Assembly: GCA_963781885.1 (NCBI GenBank)
Contig: CAWAHW010000001.1
Span: 64,001-128,000 of the forward strand
Source: an uncultured Spirochaetota bacterium
Lineage (GTDB): Bacteria; Spirochaetota; Spirochaetia; SZUA-6; Fen-1364
DNA: 64,000 nt
Direction of reading: 5' to 3'
A program made the translations under genes and the position numbers. The notes beneath the pieces are model-generated. The model had not been told where the DNA came from. It saw nothing but the letters and a program-made list of their open reading frames with translations, and ran no database searches. Positions 30,686 through 40,428 of this stretch are shown here, piece by piece; position 1 is the first letter of the stretch, and each line of letters starts with the position of its first letter.

Positions 30686-33215
30686 TTCTGATTCTCTTGG
30701 CGAATGCCTGCTTCTCATCGCTTCTCCTCAGCCTATTGAAGCCAGCGATTCTACCGCCTCGTCCCCCAAATCCCCGCTCTCTCCCGAATTCGCTACGATA
30801 TACAGGCGCGCATAAGACGCCCTACCATTCACCTGTCGTTTCAATTATGTGACCTTTCTCCTCTATCTGCGATAGATGTTCCATCCGCCCCCCTAGTGCG
30901 GATGGACTACAATAAGATTGAAGGGATACGCCCCCGCAGTGAAGGGTGAACCACTAACAGCGGCCAATGATCCGCTTACGCTGTCGATTGTATAGGCTGA
31001 AACATTACTAGAGTCATGATTTGCCACATAGAGAAATTTGTCGTTTGGATCAACAACGAGATAGTCAGGAGATAGCGGAGAGGAGAATGGAGATCCGCTC
31101 GCCGCTGTAAGAACCCCAGTTGTGCTGTTTATCGAATACGCATAGACGCGGGCGGCGGGCGGCTCTGTCACATAGAGGAACTTCCCAAGCTGATCAACCA
31201 TAAGAAACCTCGATTGGTAATATGCCGTGAATGGAGAACCGCTTATGGCGGCTAACGCTCCAGTTGTGCCATTAATCTTATAGGCTGAAATGTCTCCGGA
31301 AACGATGTTCGCTACATAGAGGAACTTGCCTGAAGGATCAATAACGGGATTATATGGCATGTTCCCTGTGGCGAAAGGCGAACCGCTTACTACTGTCAGC
31401 ACACCTGTTGTGCTGTTTATTGAATAGGCTGTAATTGTATTTGCACCTTGATTTGCTATATAGAGGAACTTGCCGTAATGGTCAATGACAAGAAATTCTG
31501 CTGAGTTTCCTGCGCCATAGGGGGATCCGCTTATGGCCGTCAGCGCTCCAGTCGTGCTGTTGATCGTGTAGGCAGAGACGTCACCGGAGCCATAGTTCGC
31601 TACATAGAGGAATTTTCCTTGCGGATCAATGACAAGATCAAATGGGTCCGGGCCGGTCGGATAGGGTGAACCGCTTATCGATGTCAGTGCCCCGGTTGAC
31701 GAATTGATGGTGTAGGCCGAGAGGCTATACTGACCGTAACCGGAATTGCAGTTTGTCACATAGAGGAACTTGCCGGTAGGATCGACAACAAGATTATATG
31801 TATATGGCCCCGCGGCGAAAGGGGAACCGTTAATTACTTCCAGTGTTCCATTTGTAGAGTTTATTCTATATGCCGAAACGTTATTGGAGCCATAATTCGC
31901 CGCAAAAAGAAATTTGCCATTTGGATCGGAGACGAGGTTCTGCGGATTTGCTCCCGTTGCGTATGGGGAGCCGCTCATCTCTTTTAGGACTCCAGTAGTG
32001 GCATTGATAACGTAGGCGGAGATGCTATTGGAGTTGCTATTCGTGACATAAAGCGCCTCTGCATACATGAAGTTCGCCTGAATAGTCGCGGCACTGCCGG
32101 TGAAGGTGACCGTTGTACTGGCACTGTTGGGATCACCGAAGGTTGCCGCGCCGCTGCTCACCGTCCAGTTCTGGAAGAAGTAGCCGAGATTCGGGGTTGC
32201 GCTGATGGGAATCGGTGAGCCGGTAGTCTGGAGACCGCTGCCTGGGCTTGTCGTGCCATTTCCATCATTCTGCACCGTCAAAGTGTACTGAATGCCATAA
32301 GGCGCGGTGCTCACCACGGAGTCCTGCCAGCCTGTCTCGTATGCGATGGCCCTAAGAGTCTCACTCGTTGCGACACTCACCCCTGACAAGTACTGGGTAC
32401 CCGTCGTGCTTGTAGGAGCCGAACCATCAATTGTGTAGCGGACGTTGGCCCCGCTGGTGGTAGAAGAAATCGCTACTGTCGACGGTCCAGTATATGTCCC
32501 CGAGGTTGGGTTGAACGTTGGTGCCGCCACTTGAAGCGTATATATCGCACTGTTGACCGGTGAGTCGGCCATCAAGCTCTTGTAGGCGATTGCCGTCAAG
32601 GTCATGCTTGAAGAAACCGTCACTGTCACCGGGGCAGGAGCACCGCCAGACGAGGGTGGTGTCGACCCATCCGTGGTATAGCTGACGTAGGCTCCTGGAG
32701 TTGTCGTTGTGATGGTTATGTTTAGCGTGACGTCATGAGGTTTCTGCTCCGGGGTTGAAAAGCGGCGTGGATACCTGGTCGTAGTTGATCTTGTAGGTTT
32801 GTTGAGCGGGTGCAGAATCCGTCATTCCCGATTTGGTGCCAATCGCCTTTATCGTCATCACTGTCCCATTCCCCGTCACGGCAATCGGCCCGCTGTAGGT
32901 CGTCGCGGAGAACGTCGGGGTTGAGCCATCAGTAGTGTAGTGAATGGCGGCTCCAGAGTGGAGCAGGTGATCGTGACTGCGGTTGCGCCCGTCATGTCGT
33001 TCGAGGATGAGTAGATGCCTCCTGCGCTGCAGGGCTGATCTGGGGAGTGGCCACAATCTCCCCGCTGCTCTGAGCAGCATGCACCTTGTCCTGCACATCC
33101 AGAAGCAAGGCGCTTGGCGGACAAGAGAGGACCAGCGAAGTGGCTGCGACAACGACCCCGACGAAAAGAATGTGACTGGCCTTCCGCCACCGCCTGCTTG
33201 AGTTCACTTCTGATT
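29995..33215. repeat. Near-identical direct repeats shared by the two lipoprotein genes (about 29995-30695 vs 32515-33215; also about 29525-29755 vs 32045-32275)
   Basis: Long identical strings occur twice, e.g. GCCGCCACTTGAAGCGTATATATCGCACTGTTGACCGGTGAGTCGGCC and AAGAAGTAGCCGAGATTCGGGGTTGCGCTGATGGGAATCGG. Confidence 0.93.
30893..33207 (-). CDS. Paralogous lipoprotein with the same architecture (copy B; frameshifts near 33025, 32955, 32735)
   Basis: N-terminus nearly identical to copy A; eight GSP-containing blades; ends IVVHPH-stop. Confidence 0.87.
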
Positions 33216-33308
33216 GCCAATGCCCGCTTCTCCTCAGCTTCCCTGCCCCTCACCGCTGGCACCTCGGCGCCGCCTTCGCGAAATATCGCGCGCGGCCAAT
33301 TGCACGCC

Positions 33309-35393
33309 CTATTGTTCTATTTCCCATATGACGGCCATGCGCTGGCGCTGCACATCCGCAGCTCTGGTCCCGCTCTCCTGGGATTCCCCGAGATAAGCAA
33401 ACTGCTGCGCGAGCGTTGGGTTGATTGCCTTCAATTTTTCATAGTCTTGCTTTGCCGCGGCGTAGTCCTGCAACTCCTGGCTCGCTCGTGCGAGGGCAAG
33501 CAAGACGTGATCATTGTTCGGGTCGGTTTCGCTTGCCCTTTGGTAGAGTGAAAGCGCATCCTTCCAATCACTTTTCGCAAAATACAGGTGCCCGAGGTTG
33601 AGTATTGCGGGAAGATATTCCTTCCTTGCCAGGACCTGTTTGAACTGCTCTTCTGCTTTGTCTGCTTGCCCGAATTTCGCGTACAAGACCCCAAGCCCGT
33701 TCATCGCCGCCAGGCTCCCGCTGGTGATCTGCGCCTGAAGCTCCGCAACCATCGGCGCCAGGGCTGAGTCAAGGTACTTCTGAGCCTCAGCCAAATATGC
33801 ACGAAGGATGCCATCTGACTGGGGGACCGCGACCGTGGTAGCTGCGCCCGGAAGCCCCACCGGTTGGTAGACGCTCCATGCCTCCTGGATGGGGTAGAAT
33901 CCGGCCTGCCCCGTGGAAGTATTTTCGGTCCACTCCTTGGCCCCCAGTTGCCACGCTTTCATGAACCCTTCATGTATGGAGGTGATCTCCACCGGAATCC
34001 AGGCTTTATCTTTGTATGCGATGGACTGGCTTGCCGGGATCAGCTCCTTCGGTGCTTGCGCAACGCTGAGTCCGCTGTCCACTGCAATGAATATGTGCCC
34101 AGGAATCGTGATGAAGGCTGCATCAATTCCTACTGCCTGGAAGAGCGCGCCATAAAGAATCGAAATGTCGCTGCAGTCTCCCGCCTTGTATTGAAAAGTC
34201 TCCTGGGGAAACTGCAGAAAATCAATCACGTCCTTCTGCTTGGAGACCTGCTCATAAGGAGTCTTGGGATTGGGGCTGTAGTTCAACCCATAGAGATCGA
34301 GCGCTTCATGAAATGCAATAGCCGCCTGCAGATTGTCGCAGATCGAGCGGTTCTCTTTGCTTCGAATGAAGCTTGAGACGCTTCGGGCGAAGTTCAGCAC
34401 CCCCGGGTCTTTCGAGGTTACATATGCTGCCGCCTTCCTGTTGTCATCCCACGTCATGGCGTTCCGGCCCCACAGAGTAAGCGTTTCGATTTTCTTGTCC
34501 TCATAGGTCTGCCCCTCGACCTTGTAGGACACCGTGATCTCCGCGGCAACTTTGGTCCCCTCTGTGACGGAGAGCACCTTGTCCGTGAAAAGTGCAAAAA
34601 GGTCGATGGTCTTGCTCTCCCCCGGCGCAAGCGTGCCCGGCACTTCCATCACCTTGGGGGAATCCATGTATTCCTTGATGTCCACCTGTACGCGAATATC
34701 GCTTGCCGGGACCTTGAGGTTACTCTTGATTTGAAGCGTTCCTACGGGATGATCGTCATAGAACTTGTAGAAAACCGGAAAGGCGGGGCGCAAGTCTACC
34801 GCTGGTACATCGACGCTTCCCCCGTTGCCAAGAGACACATCGATTCCCGCCGTGACGCTCAGCCCTTGATACAGCGCCAAATAGTTTTTGTATTGCGCTC
34901 CCAATTGAAAAGCAAACGTCGGAGCCACAGACAATTTCAGCCCCAGGCCGCCGGCAACAAAAGGGTAGCTGCCCGATTTGGAGAAGTCATTGTAGGTGGC
35001 GAAATAGTAACCACCCATGACATAGGCGAACACCGCAAAGCCGCTGGTCAGAGGTAGTTGAAGTCCGCCACCAATTCTGGCGGCCACGAGGGATAAGCTG
35101 GTGGATGCCTGCACAGGAGTGAGGGAATATTGAAGGCCGCCTGACAGGGAAAAGATGGAGCTGGGAATCCGATAGTTCAGACCCAAATCCAATGCTCCGC
35201 CGTAGGTAAACCATTGCGAGCTATCACCAAGAGGAATGTCAAAGGCGGGACGCACCTCCAGCGATAGGGAGGAAGGAACCTGTGCCGTTGACGGCCTGCC
35301 TGTGGCGATGGTGACGGCCGACTGCGTGAATGCTGTCGCCGAACAAAACGCAAGCAAGAACGCAAGAAGGGCAAGGATAGGGAGCTGTTTCAA
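33309..35393 (-). CDS. Outer-membrane beta-barrel + Ig-like + transglutaminase-like Cys domain + TPR protein
   Basis: Signal peptide; about 8 amphipathic strands; LQFPQET...GDCSD.SILY...IPGHIF...WIPVEIT; C-terminal TPRs (NGLGVLYA, NLGHLYF). Confidence 0.8.
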   Translation of the reverse strand: MKQLPILALLAFLLAFCSATAFTQSAVTIATGRPSTAQVPSSLSLEVRPAFDIPLGDSSQWFTYGGALDLGLNYRIPSSIFSLSGGLQYSLTPVQASTSLSLVAARIGGGLQLPLTSGFAVFAYVMGGYYFATYNDFSKSGSYPFVAGGLGLKLSVAPTFAFQLGAQYKNYLALYQGLSVTAGIDVSLGNGGSVDVPAVDLRPAFPVFYKFYDDHPVGTLQIKSNLKVPASDIRVQVDIKEYMDSPKVMEVPGTLAPGESKTIDLFALFTDKVLSVTEGTKVAAEITVSYKVEGQTYEDKKIETLTLWGRNAMTWDDNRKAAAYVTSKDPGVLNFARSVSSFIRSKENRSICDNLQAAIAFHEALDLYGLNYSPNPKTPYEQVSKQKDVIDFLQFPQETFQYKAGDCSDISILYGALFQAVGIDAAFITIPGHIFIAVDSGLSVAQAPKELIPASQSIAYKDKAWIPVEITSIHEGFMKAWQLGAKEWTENTSTGQAGFYPIQEAWSVYQPVGLPGAATTVAVPQSDGILRAYLAEAQKYLDSALAPMVAELQAQITSGSLAAMNGLGVLYAKFGQADKAEEQFKQVLARKEYLPAILNLGHLYFAKSDWKDALSLYQRASETDPNNDHVLLALARASQELQDYAAAKQDYEKLKAINPTLAQQFAYLGESQESGTRAADVQRQRMAVIWEIEQ

Positions 35394-35595
35394 CGCACAG
35401 TCCTTACAAGCGAGGCGTTCAACTGCATAGGCTCCCGGCTTCTGACGTCTGCAACTTTCGTGGCCTTCTTACCCTCTCAAGAATTCCATAATAGAGCATC
35501 CTTAAACTGCATTCATGCGTACAAACATGGGGAGAATTCGGTCGAAAAGGCCTTGCGCTCTCACCAGATGGTGCAATAATCTATTGGTATTCAAG

Positions 35596-36406
35596 ATGGA
35601 GGTTCGGCACAAACGCGGAGCAGCGGTGCATCGCAATGGATCAAGATCCTCGATTTTATCTCGTTTGTCGGGCATGCGGACGATCTTCAAAGCATGATAA
35701 GGAGGGCAACTGCCGGGCTGCCGTCACTGATTCCTTGTGAGATGACCTGGACGATCATAAATGGAGTCGACTCGAACGGGGCATTGCTGCCTCCATCAGA
35801 AGGATTTTCGAATGAAATCCCGAAAGTGGCCCACGACGCGTACATTGACTACTACTACAAGGTTGATTTCTTTCGTCAGGCGCTGGGGACAAAAGAAACC
35901 TCGCTATGCGATCAATTGGCGCGACCGAGCCCTTGCAAGCTCTGAGATAGCAACTGATTTTCTAGGCAAATTGATCCATATCGACGCAAATGCCGGTTTT
36001 ACATTTTATAGACCCGCTTCTTTCGCAGCGGGGACTCTGGCAATTGGCCGTGTCGGTCAAAAGGGGTTCGGCAGACCGGGACCTGCAGATCCTTGATTTT
36101 ATTCGTCCACACTTCTCCAACTATTTCGCACTATTCAGCCGCGAAGTGCTCTTTCCGATGAACACCTATACGGCTGCGGAATTGGCCGACGACTGTCGCC
36201 TTCTCAGCCGCAGGGAAGCCGAGGTCGCCTCCCTTCTCTGCAGAAGGCTGCGGCCGGATGAGATCGCAACGGTGCTCTTGATAAGCCCTCGAACAGTGGA
36301 GCGGCATATCGAGAATATCTACTCCAAGCTGAATGTGAGAAATCGGAAGGAGCTCTTGAAACTCTTGCTGAAAGGGCCACCGGGAGATGGGCAGCATCTG
36401 AATTGA
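35596..36406 (+). CDS. LuxR-family HTH regulator with N-terminal sensor domain (several frameshifts; start uncertain)
   Basis: C-term LSRREAEVASLLC.....EIATVLLISPRTVERHIENIYSKLNVRNR; upstream pieces lie in ORFs 35694 and 35761. Confidence 0.75.
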
Positions 36407-36490
36407 AGGCCCGCCCTTCATGGGCCGTACCGCAGTCGCGCCGACAACGGCGCTTCCGCTGGTGAAAATCGCGCGCGTCATGCCCCGCAG

Positions 36491-37666
36491 CTACCGCAGC
36501 GACGGGATGGCGATATGCGGATCGATGTCGGCGGCGTAGTTCACCTGGGGGAAGTCGAAGCCGCAGATGCGTGAAAGCTCCTTGCGGTACCCTTCCAGGT
36601 CCACGAGCGTGGGCAGGTTCTCGGTGGTAACGCTCTTCCACCGGGCTTCGACCTCTTTCTGCACCGCAGGGTCGAGCTCCCTTTCGTCCAGGCGGATGCG
36701 GCCGGCATCGTCCACGGGGCTGTCTCCGTTCACATAGAGACGCTCGCGCAGCAGCCGGTCCATCTGCTCGATGCACCCCTCGTGCGTCCCCCGATCCTTC
36801 ATCACCTGGTAGAGGATGCCGATGTAGAGAGGCACAAAGGGGATGGCGGCGCTTGCCAGTGTCACCACGGCCTTGTTCACGGCGACATACGCATGTCCTC
36901 CGAGCCCGGCGAGCTTGCGGTCCAGCGTGCGCGCCGTGGCCTCCAGGTGCTCCTTCGCCCTGCCGATCGTGCCTTCACGATAGATGGCCGCCGTCACGGA
37001 CGAGCCGATGTACGAGTAGGCGACCGTCATCGCCCCCGCGGCGAGGAGGTCCGCTGCCTGCAAAGCGTCGATCCAGAGCTGCCAGTCCTCGCCGCCCATG
37101 ACGGCAACGGTCCCGGCGATCTCTTCCTCCGACGCCGGCGGCACGGTCGTCTCGTAGACCTGGCCGGTCTGGAAGTTGACGGTCTTGTTGGTGTACGGCT
37201 GGCCGATGGGCCGCAGCACGGAGGCGTACATGCCGCGGCGCGGCGCGGCAAGGCTGTAGATCACGAGGTCCACGGGCCCCGTTGTGCGCTGGATGAGCGC
37301 GATGGTGTCCGCCTTGACCTGTTCGGAAAAGGCATCACCGTTGAGGCTCCACGCGCGCAAGCCCGCCTTTGCCGCCTCCTCCTCGAAGAAGGCGCTGTTG
37401 TACCACCCTGCCGAGGCCGTGCGGTCCTCATCGGCTGGACGCTCGAAAAAGATACCCACCGTTTCCGCGCGCGCGCCGAATGCCGCGGCGATCCTGGTTG
37501 CAAGCCCGTAGCCCGTGGAAGCGCCGATGATCAGAACTTTCCGCGGCCCCCGCGCCATGCGCGGTCGGGAGAGAACGAACCGGATATGCTCCTGCACGAG
37601 CTCCTCGCACCCGTGCGGATGCACGGTAAGACAAACGGCACCACGGATCCTGCGTTCGATCTGCAT
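36491..37666 (-). CDS. fabV: Enoyl-ACP reductase FabV / trans-2-enoyl-CoA reductase
   Basis: HPHGC, LIIGASTGYGLA, SAGWYN, NGDAFS, YSLAAPRR, VMGGEDW, YSYIG, GTIGRAK, HEGCIEQM. Confidence 0.95.
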   Translation of the reverse strand: MQIERRIRGAVCLTVHPHGCEELVQEHIRFVLSRPRMARGPRKVLIIGASTGYGLATRIAAAFGARAETVGIFFERPADEDRTASAGWYNSAFFEEEAAKAGLRAWSLNGDAFSEQVKADTIALIQRTTGPVDLVIYSLAAPRRGMYASVLRPIGQPYTNKTVNFQTGQVYETTVPPASEEEIAGTVAVMGGEDWQLWIDALQAADLLAAGAMTVAYSYIGSSVTAAIYREGTIGRAKEHLEATARTLDRKLAGLGGHAYVAVNKAVVTLASAAIPFVPLYIGILYQVMKDRGTHEGCIEQMDRLLRERLYVNGDSPVDDAGRIRLDERELDPAVQKEVEARWKSVTTENLPTLVDLEGYRKELSRICGFDFPQVNYAADIDPHIAIPSLR

Positions 37667-37761
37667 AGCGTGAAGATACTCACGGGGTCGGACACCGGCG
37701 AGCGGCCGCCCCGGGCGCGCGACGCGGTGAAGCGCGCGCCGTTGTCGTGCTATAAAGAGGC

Positions 37762-39075
37762 ATGAAGAAAAACGCGCTGGTTGCCCAATCCGGCGGACCT
37801 TCTCCCGTCATCAATTCCTCCCTCCAGGGCGTCATCGAGGGCTGTCGGGCATACCCTGACAGCATCGGCGCAATCTATGCGGCCTGGCATGGCATCGAGG
37901 GTGTACTCACGGAAGAGCTCGTGGACATGGCGTTGCAGCCGCGTCGGGAAATCGAGCTCCTGGCGACGACCCCGGCCGCGGGCGCCATCGGCACGTGCCG
38001 CTACAAGCTCACCGAAGGCCAGGAGGAGGACTTCGAGCGAATCGTGGAGGTGATCAGGGCGCACGACATCGGGTACTTCTTCTACGTCGGCGGCAACGAT
38101 TCGATGGACACGGCAGCCAAGGTGTCGAAGCTGGCCCGGGAGCGCGGCGTGGAGCTTGTCGTCGCCGGCGTGCCGAAGACCATCGACAACGACATCGGGG
38201 ACCCGGGGTTCACCCTCATCGATCACACGCCTGGCTACGGGAGCGCGGCGCGCTACTGGGCCACGCTGATCCAGAACGTGAATGAAGAGAACCGCGGCAT
38301 GTGCGTGTCGGAACCGGTCGCTGTCCTCCAGGCAATGGGGCGGAAGTCCGGCTTCATCACCGCCGCGGCGCGTCTGGGCGACCCGAAGCGCGAGATGCCG
38401 CTGCAGCTCTACATGGCGGAGACCCCGCACACCCTCGCGAGCCTCCACGAGCACGTGAACCGCGAGCTGCGGCACAGCGGGCGCTGCATCGTCGTGGTGA
38501 ACGAGGGCTTCGACGTGGGCGGCGTCGGCGAGCGCCACGACGGCTTCGGCCACGTGGAGTACGGCGCCAGCCGCACAACCGCGGCGCAGGAAGTGGTGAA
38601 CTACCTCAACGACAAAGGGCTCGCGGTCCGCGGACAGGCAACCGGCCAGGTGCCGGGCGTCATCCAGCGCTCGGTCTCCACGGCGGCATCGACGGTGGAT
38701 ATCGCCGAGGCGCGCGAGGTGGCGCGGCACGCGGTGCGCGTGGCGTTGGAGGAAGGCACGGGGTGGATGGCGACGATCCTCCGGCAGCCCGGCCCCGTCT
38801 ATCGGGCGCGCTACGACAAGGTGGCGCTGGAGACCGTCGCCAACTCCTCCCGTCCCATGCCTCCATCCTGGATCAGCGCGGACGGCCTGGACGTCACGGA
38901 CGATTTCATCCGCTATGCGGCGCCGCTCATCGGGGATGCAGACCCCGCGATACCCCGGGAGAATGGACTCCAGCGCTTCTCCCGTCTTCAGATTCGGTTC
39001 ATCGAGAAGAAATGCCGCCCGTACGAACCGGTGCGTTTCAGGATAACGGGCAAAGCTCGGGAGGTGCGGCCATGA
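37762..39075 (+). CDS. pfp: Diphosphate-fructose-6-phosphate 1-phosphotransferase (PPi-dependent PFK)
   Basis: QSGGPSPVIN, GGNDSMDT (Asp typical of PPi use), PKTIDND, DHTPGYGS, MGR. Confidence 0.88.
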   Translation: MKKNALVAQSGGPSPVINSSLQGVIEGCRAYPDSIGAIYAAWHGIEGVLTEELVDMALQPRREIELLATTPAAGAIGTCRYKLTEGQEEDFERIVEVIRAHDIGYFFYVGGNDSMDTAAKVSKLARERGVELVVAGVPKTIDNDIGDPGFTLIDHTPGYGSAARYWATLIQNVNEENRGMCVSEPVAVLQAMGRKSGFITAAARLGDPKREMPLQLYMAETPHTLASLHEHVNRELRHSGRCIVVVNEGFDVGGVGERHDGFGHVEYGASRTTAAQEVVNYLNDKGLAVRGQATGQVPGVIQRSVSTAASTVDIAEAREVARHAVRVALEEGTGWMATILRQPGPVYRARYDKVALETVANSSRPMPPSWISADGLDVTDDFIRYAAPLIGDADPAIPRENGLQRFSRLQIRFIEKKCRPYEPVRFRITGKAREVRP

Positions 39076-39632
39076 GCAGACGCGTCCTGGTGATCAAGGC
39101 AAGCCCCCGTGAGAAGGGCAACAGCTCCGTGCTCGCCGACAAGGTGGCCGAAGGGGCGCGCGACGTCGGGGCGACGACGGAGAGCATCTCCCTCCATCGC
39201 CTGGATATACACCCCTGCCGCGGATGCGACACCTGCCGCAGGACGCAGGCCTGCGTGATCAAGGACGACATGCAGGGGCTCTATCCAAAGCTGCTCGCCG
39301 CCGAGGCGGTCGTCCTGGCAAGCCCCATCTACTGGTTCACCATGAACGGCCAGATGAAGACATTCATCGACCGGTGGTACGGGCTCTGGAACATCGCGAA
39401 GGAGCCTTTCAAGGACAAGCCCGTCGGCATCGTGTTGACCTACGGCGACACCGATCCCTATACGTCGGGCTGCATCAACGCGATTCACACCTTCGAGTCG
39501 ATGTTCAAATTCCTGGAAGCGCCGATTGCCGGATGTGTCTATGGCTCGGCGATGGACGTCGGCGACGTGGAGAAGGACGCCACGCTCCTGGAATCGGCGC
39601 GGAGCCTGGGACGGAAGCTCGGCGCGTCCTGA
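39072..39632 (+). CDS. Flavodoxin-like iron-sulfur flavoprotein / FMN reductase
   Basis: ASPREKGNS, CRGCDTC...C.IKDDM, LASPIYW, KTFIDR. Confidence 0.9.
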   Translation: MSRRVLVIKASPREKGNSSVLADKVAEGARDVGATTESISLHRLDIHPCRGCDTCRRTQACVIKDDMQGLYPKLLAAEAVVLASPIYWFTMNGQMKTFIDRWYGLWNIAKEPFKDKPVGIVLTYGDTDPYTSGCINAIHTFESMFKFLEAPIAGCVYGSAMDVGDVEKDATLLESARSLGRKLGAS

Positions 39633-40346
39633 TCAGCGGCCGCGCGGCAGGGAATCGAGTATCTGCGCCATCAGCAGGTTGCCGGCCGCAAAGCGCGCCG
39701 TATCGGCAAGCATTTCCGCGGCTGTCTGAATCGTCGGGCCCGCCACCAGATCGTCGCGGCAGTTTTCCGTAAGAGCGGCCGCACCTGCCGGCGTCATCTC
39801 GAGGTGGAACTGCAGCCCCACGACCCGGTCACCAATTGAAAATGCCTGGTGCTCGCAGGCGGCGCTCCTGAGCACAAGGGAGGCCCCCGACGGAAGGTTG
39901 AAGGTGTCCCCGTGCCATTGGAATGCGAGCGATCCATCCGGCACCGCGCCCAGGATTGCCGCCGCGATTCCCGTCGCGGAGGCGCGCGCACCCGGCGCGG
40001 CCTCCAGCGGGAACCAGCCGATCTCCTTCTGCCGATGGCGATACACGCGCGCGCCCAGGCTGGCGGCAACGAGCTGCGCGCCAAGACAGATGCCCAGCAC
40101 GACTTTTCCCGCTGCCACCGCGTCTGCGATGAGCCTCTTCTCCGCCGCGAGCCACGCATAGACGCGGTCATCATTCGCGCCCATCGGCCCGCCCATCACC
40201 ACGAGCCAGTCGAAATCGGCCAGGGAGGGAAGCTGCGGCCGTTCGAACAGACACGAGGTGGAAAGCTGTGCCCCGCGCGACTCCGCCCAGGGCTGGATGG
40301 AACCCAAGCCTTCGAATACGACGTGACGCAGCGCGTGAATACGCAT
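39633..40346 (-). CDS. Class I glutamine amidotransferase
   Basis: HVVFEGLG, MGGPM, LGICLGAQ, EIGW, QWHGDTF, LQFHLE. Confidence 0.93.
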   Translation of the reverse strand: MRIHALRHVVFEGLGSIQPWAESRGAQLSTSCLFERPQLPSLADFDWLVVMGGPMGANDDRVYAWLAAEKRLIADAVAAGKVVLGICLGAQLVAASLGARVYRHRQKEIGWFPLEAAPGARASATGIAAAILGAVPDGSLAFQWHGDTFNLPSGASLVLRSAACEHQAFSIGDRVVGLQFHLEMTPAGAAALTENCRDDLVAGPTIQTAAEMLADTARFAAGNLLMAQILDSLPRGR

Positions 40347-40428
40347 GCCCGAGCCTCCCGCTTCGGCGTACTATAACCGACGGCCCACGAAACGTCTCGG
40401 CCCACGCGGAAACGCGACAGGCCCTCCG

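Noticed and set aside
28395-33207. Diversity-generating retroelement (TR/VR pair)
   Set aside because: No reverse transcriptase in the window; differences are not adenine-specific and the similar segments are coding N-terminal stalks.
25000-36450. Prophage, ICE or IS origin of the island
   Set aside because: No integrase, transposase, tRNA target or terminal repeats were found; only composition and gene content suggest foreign origin.
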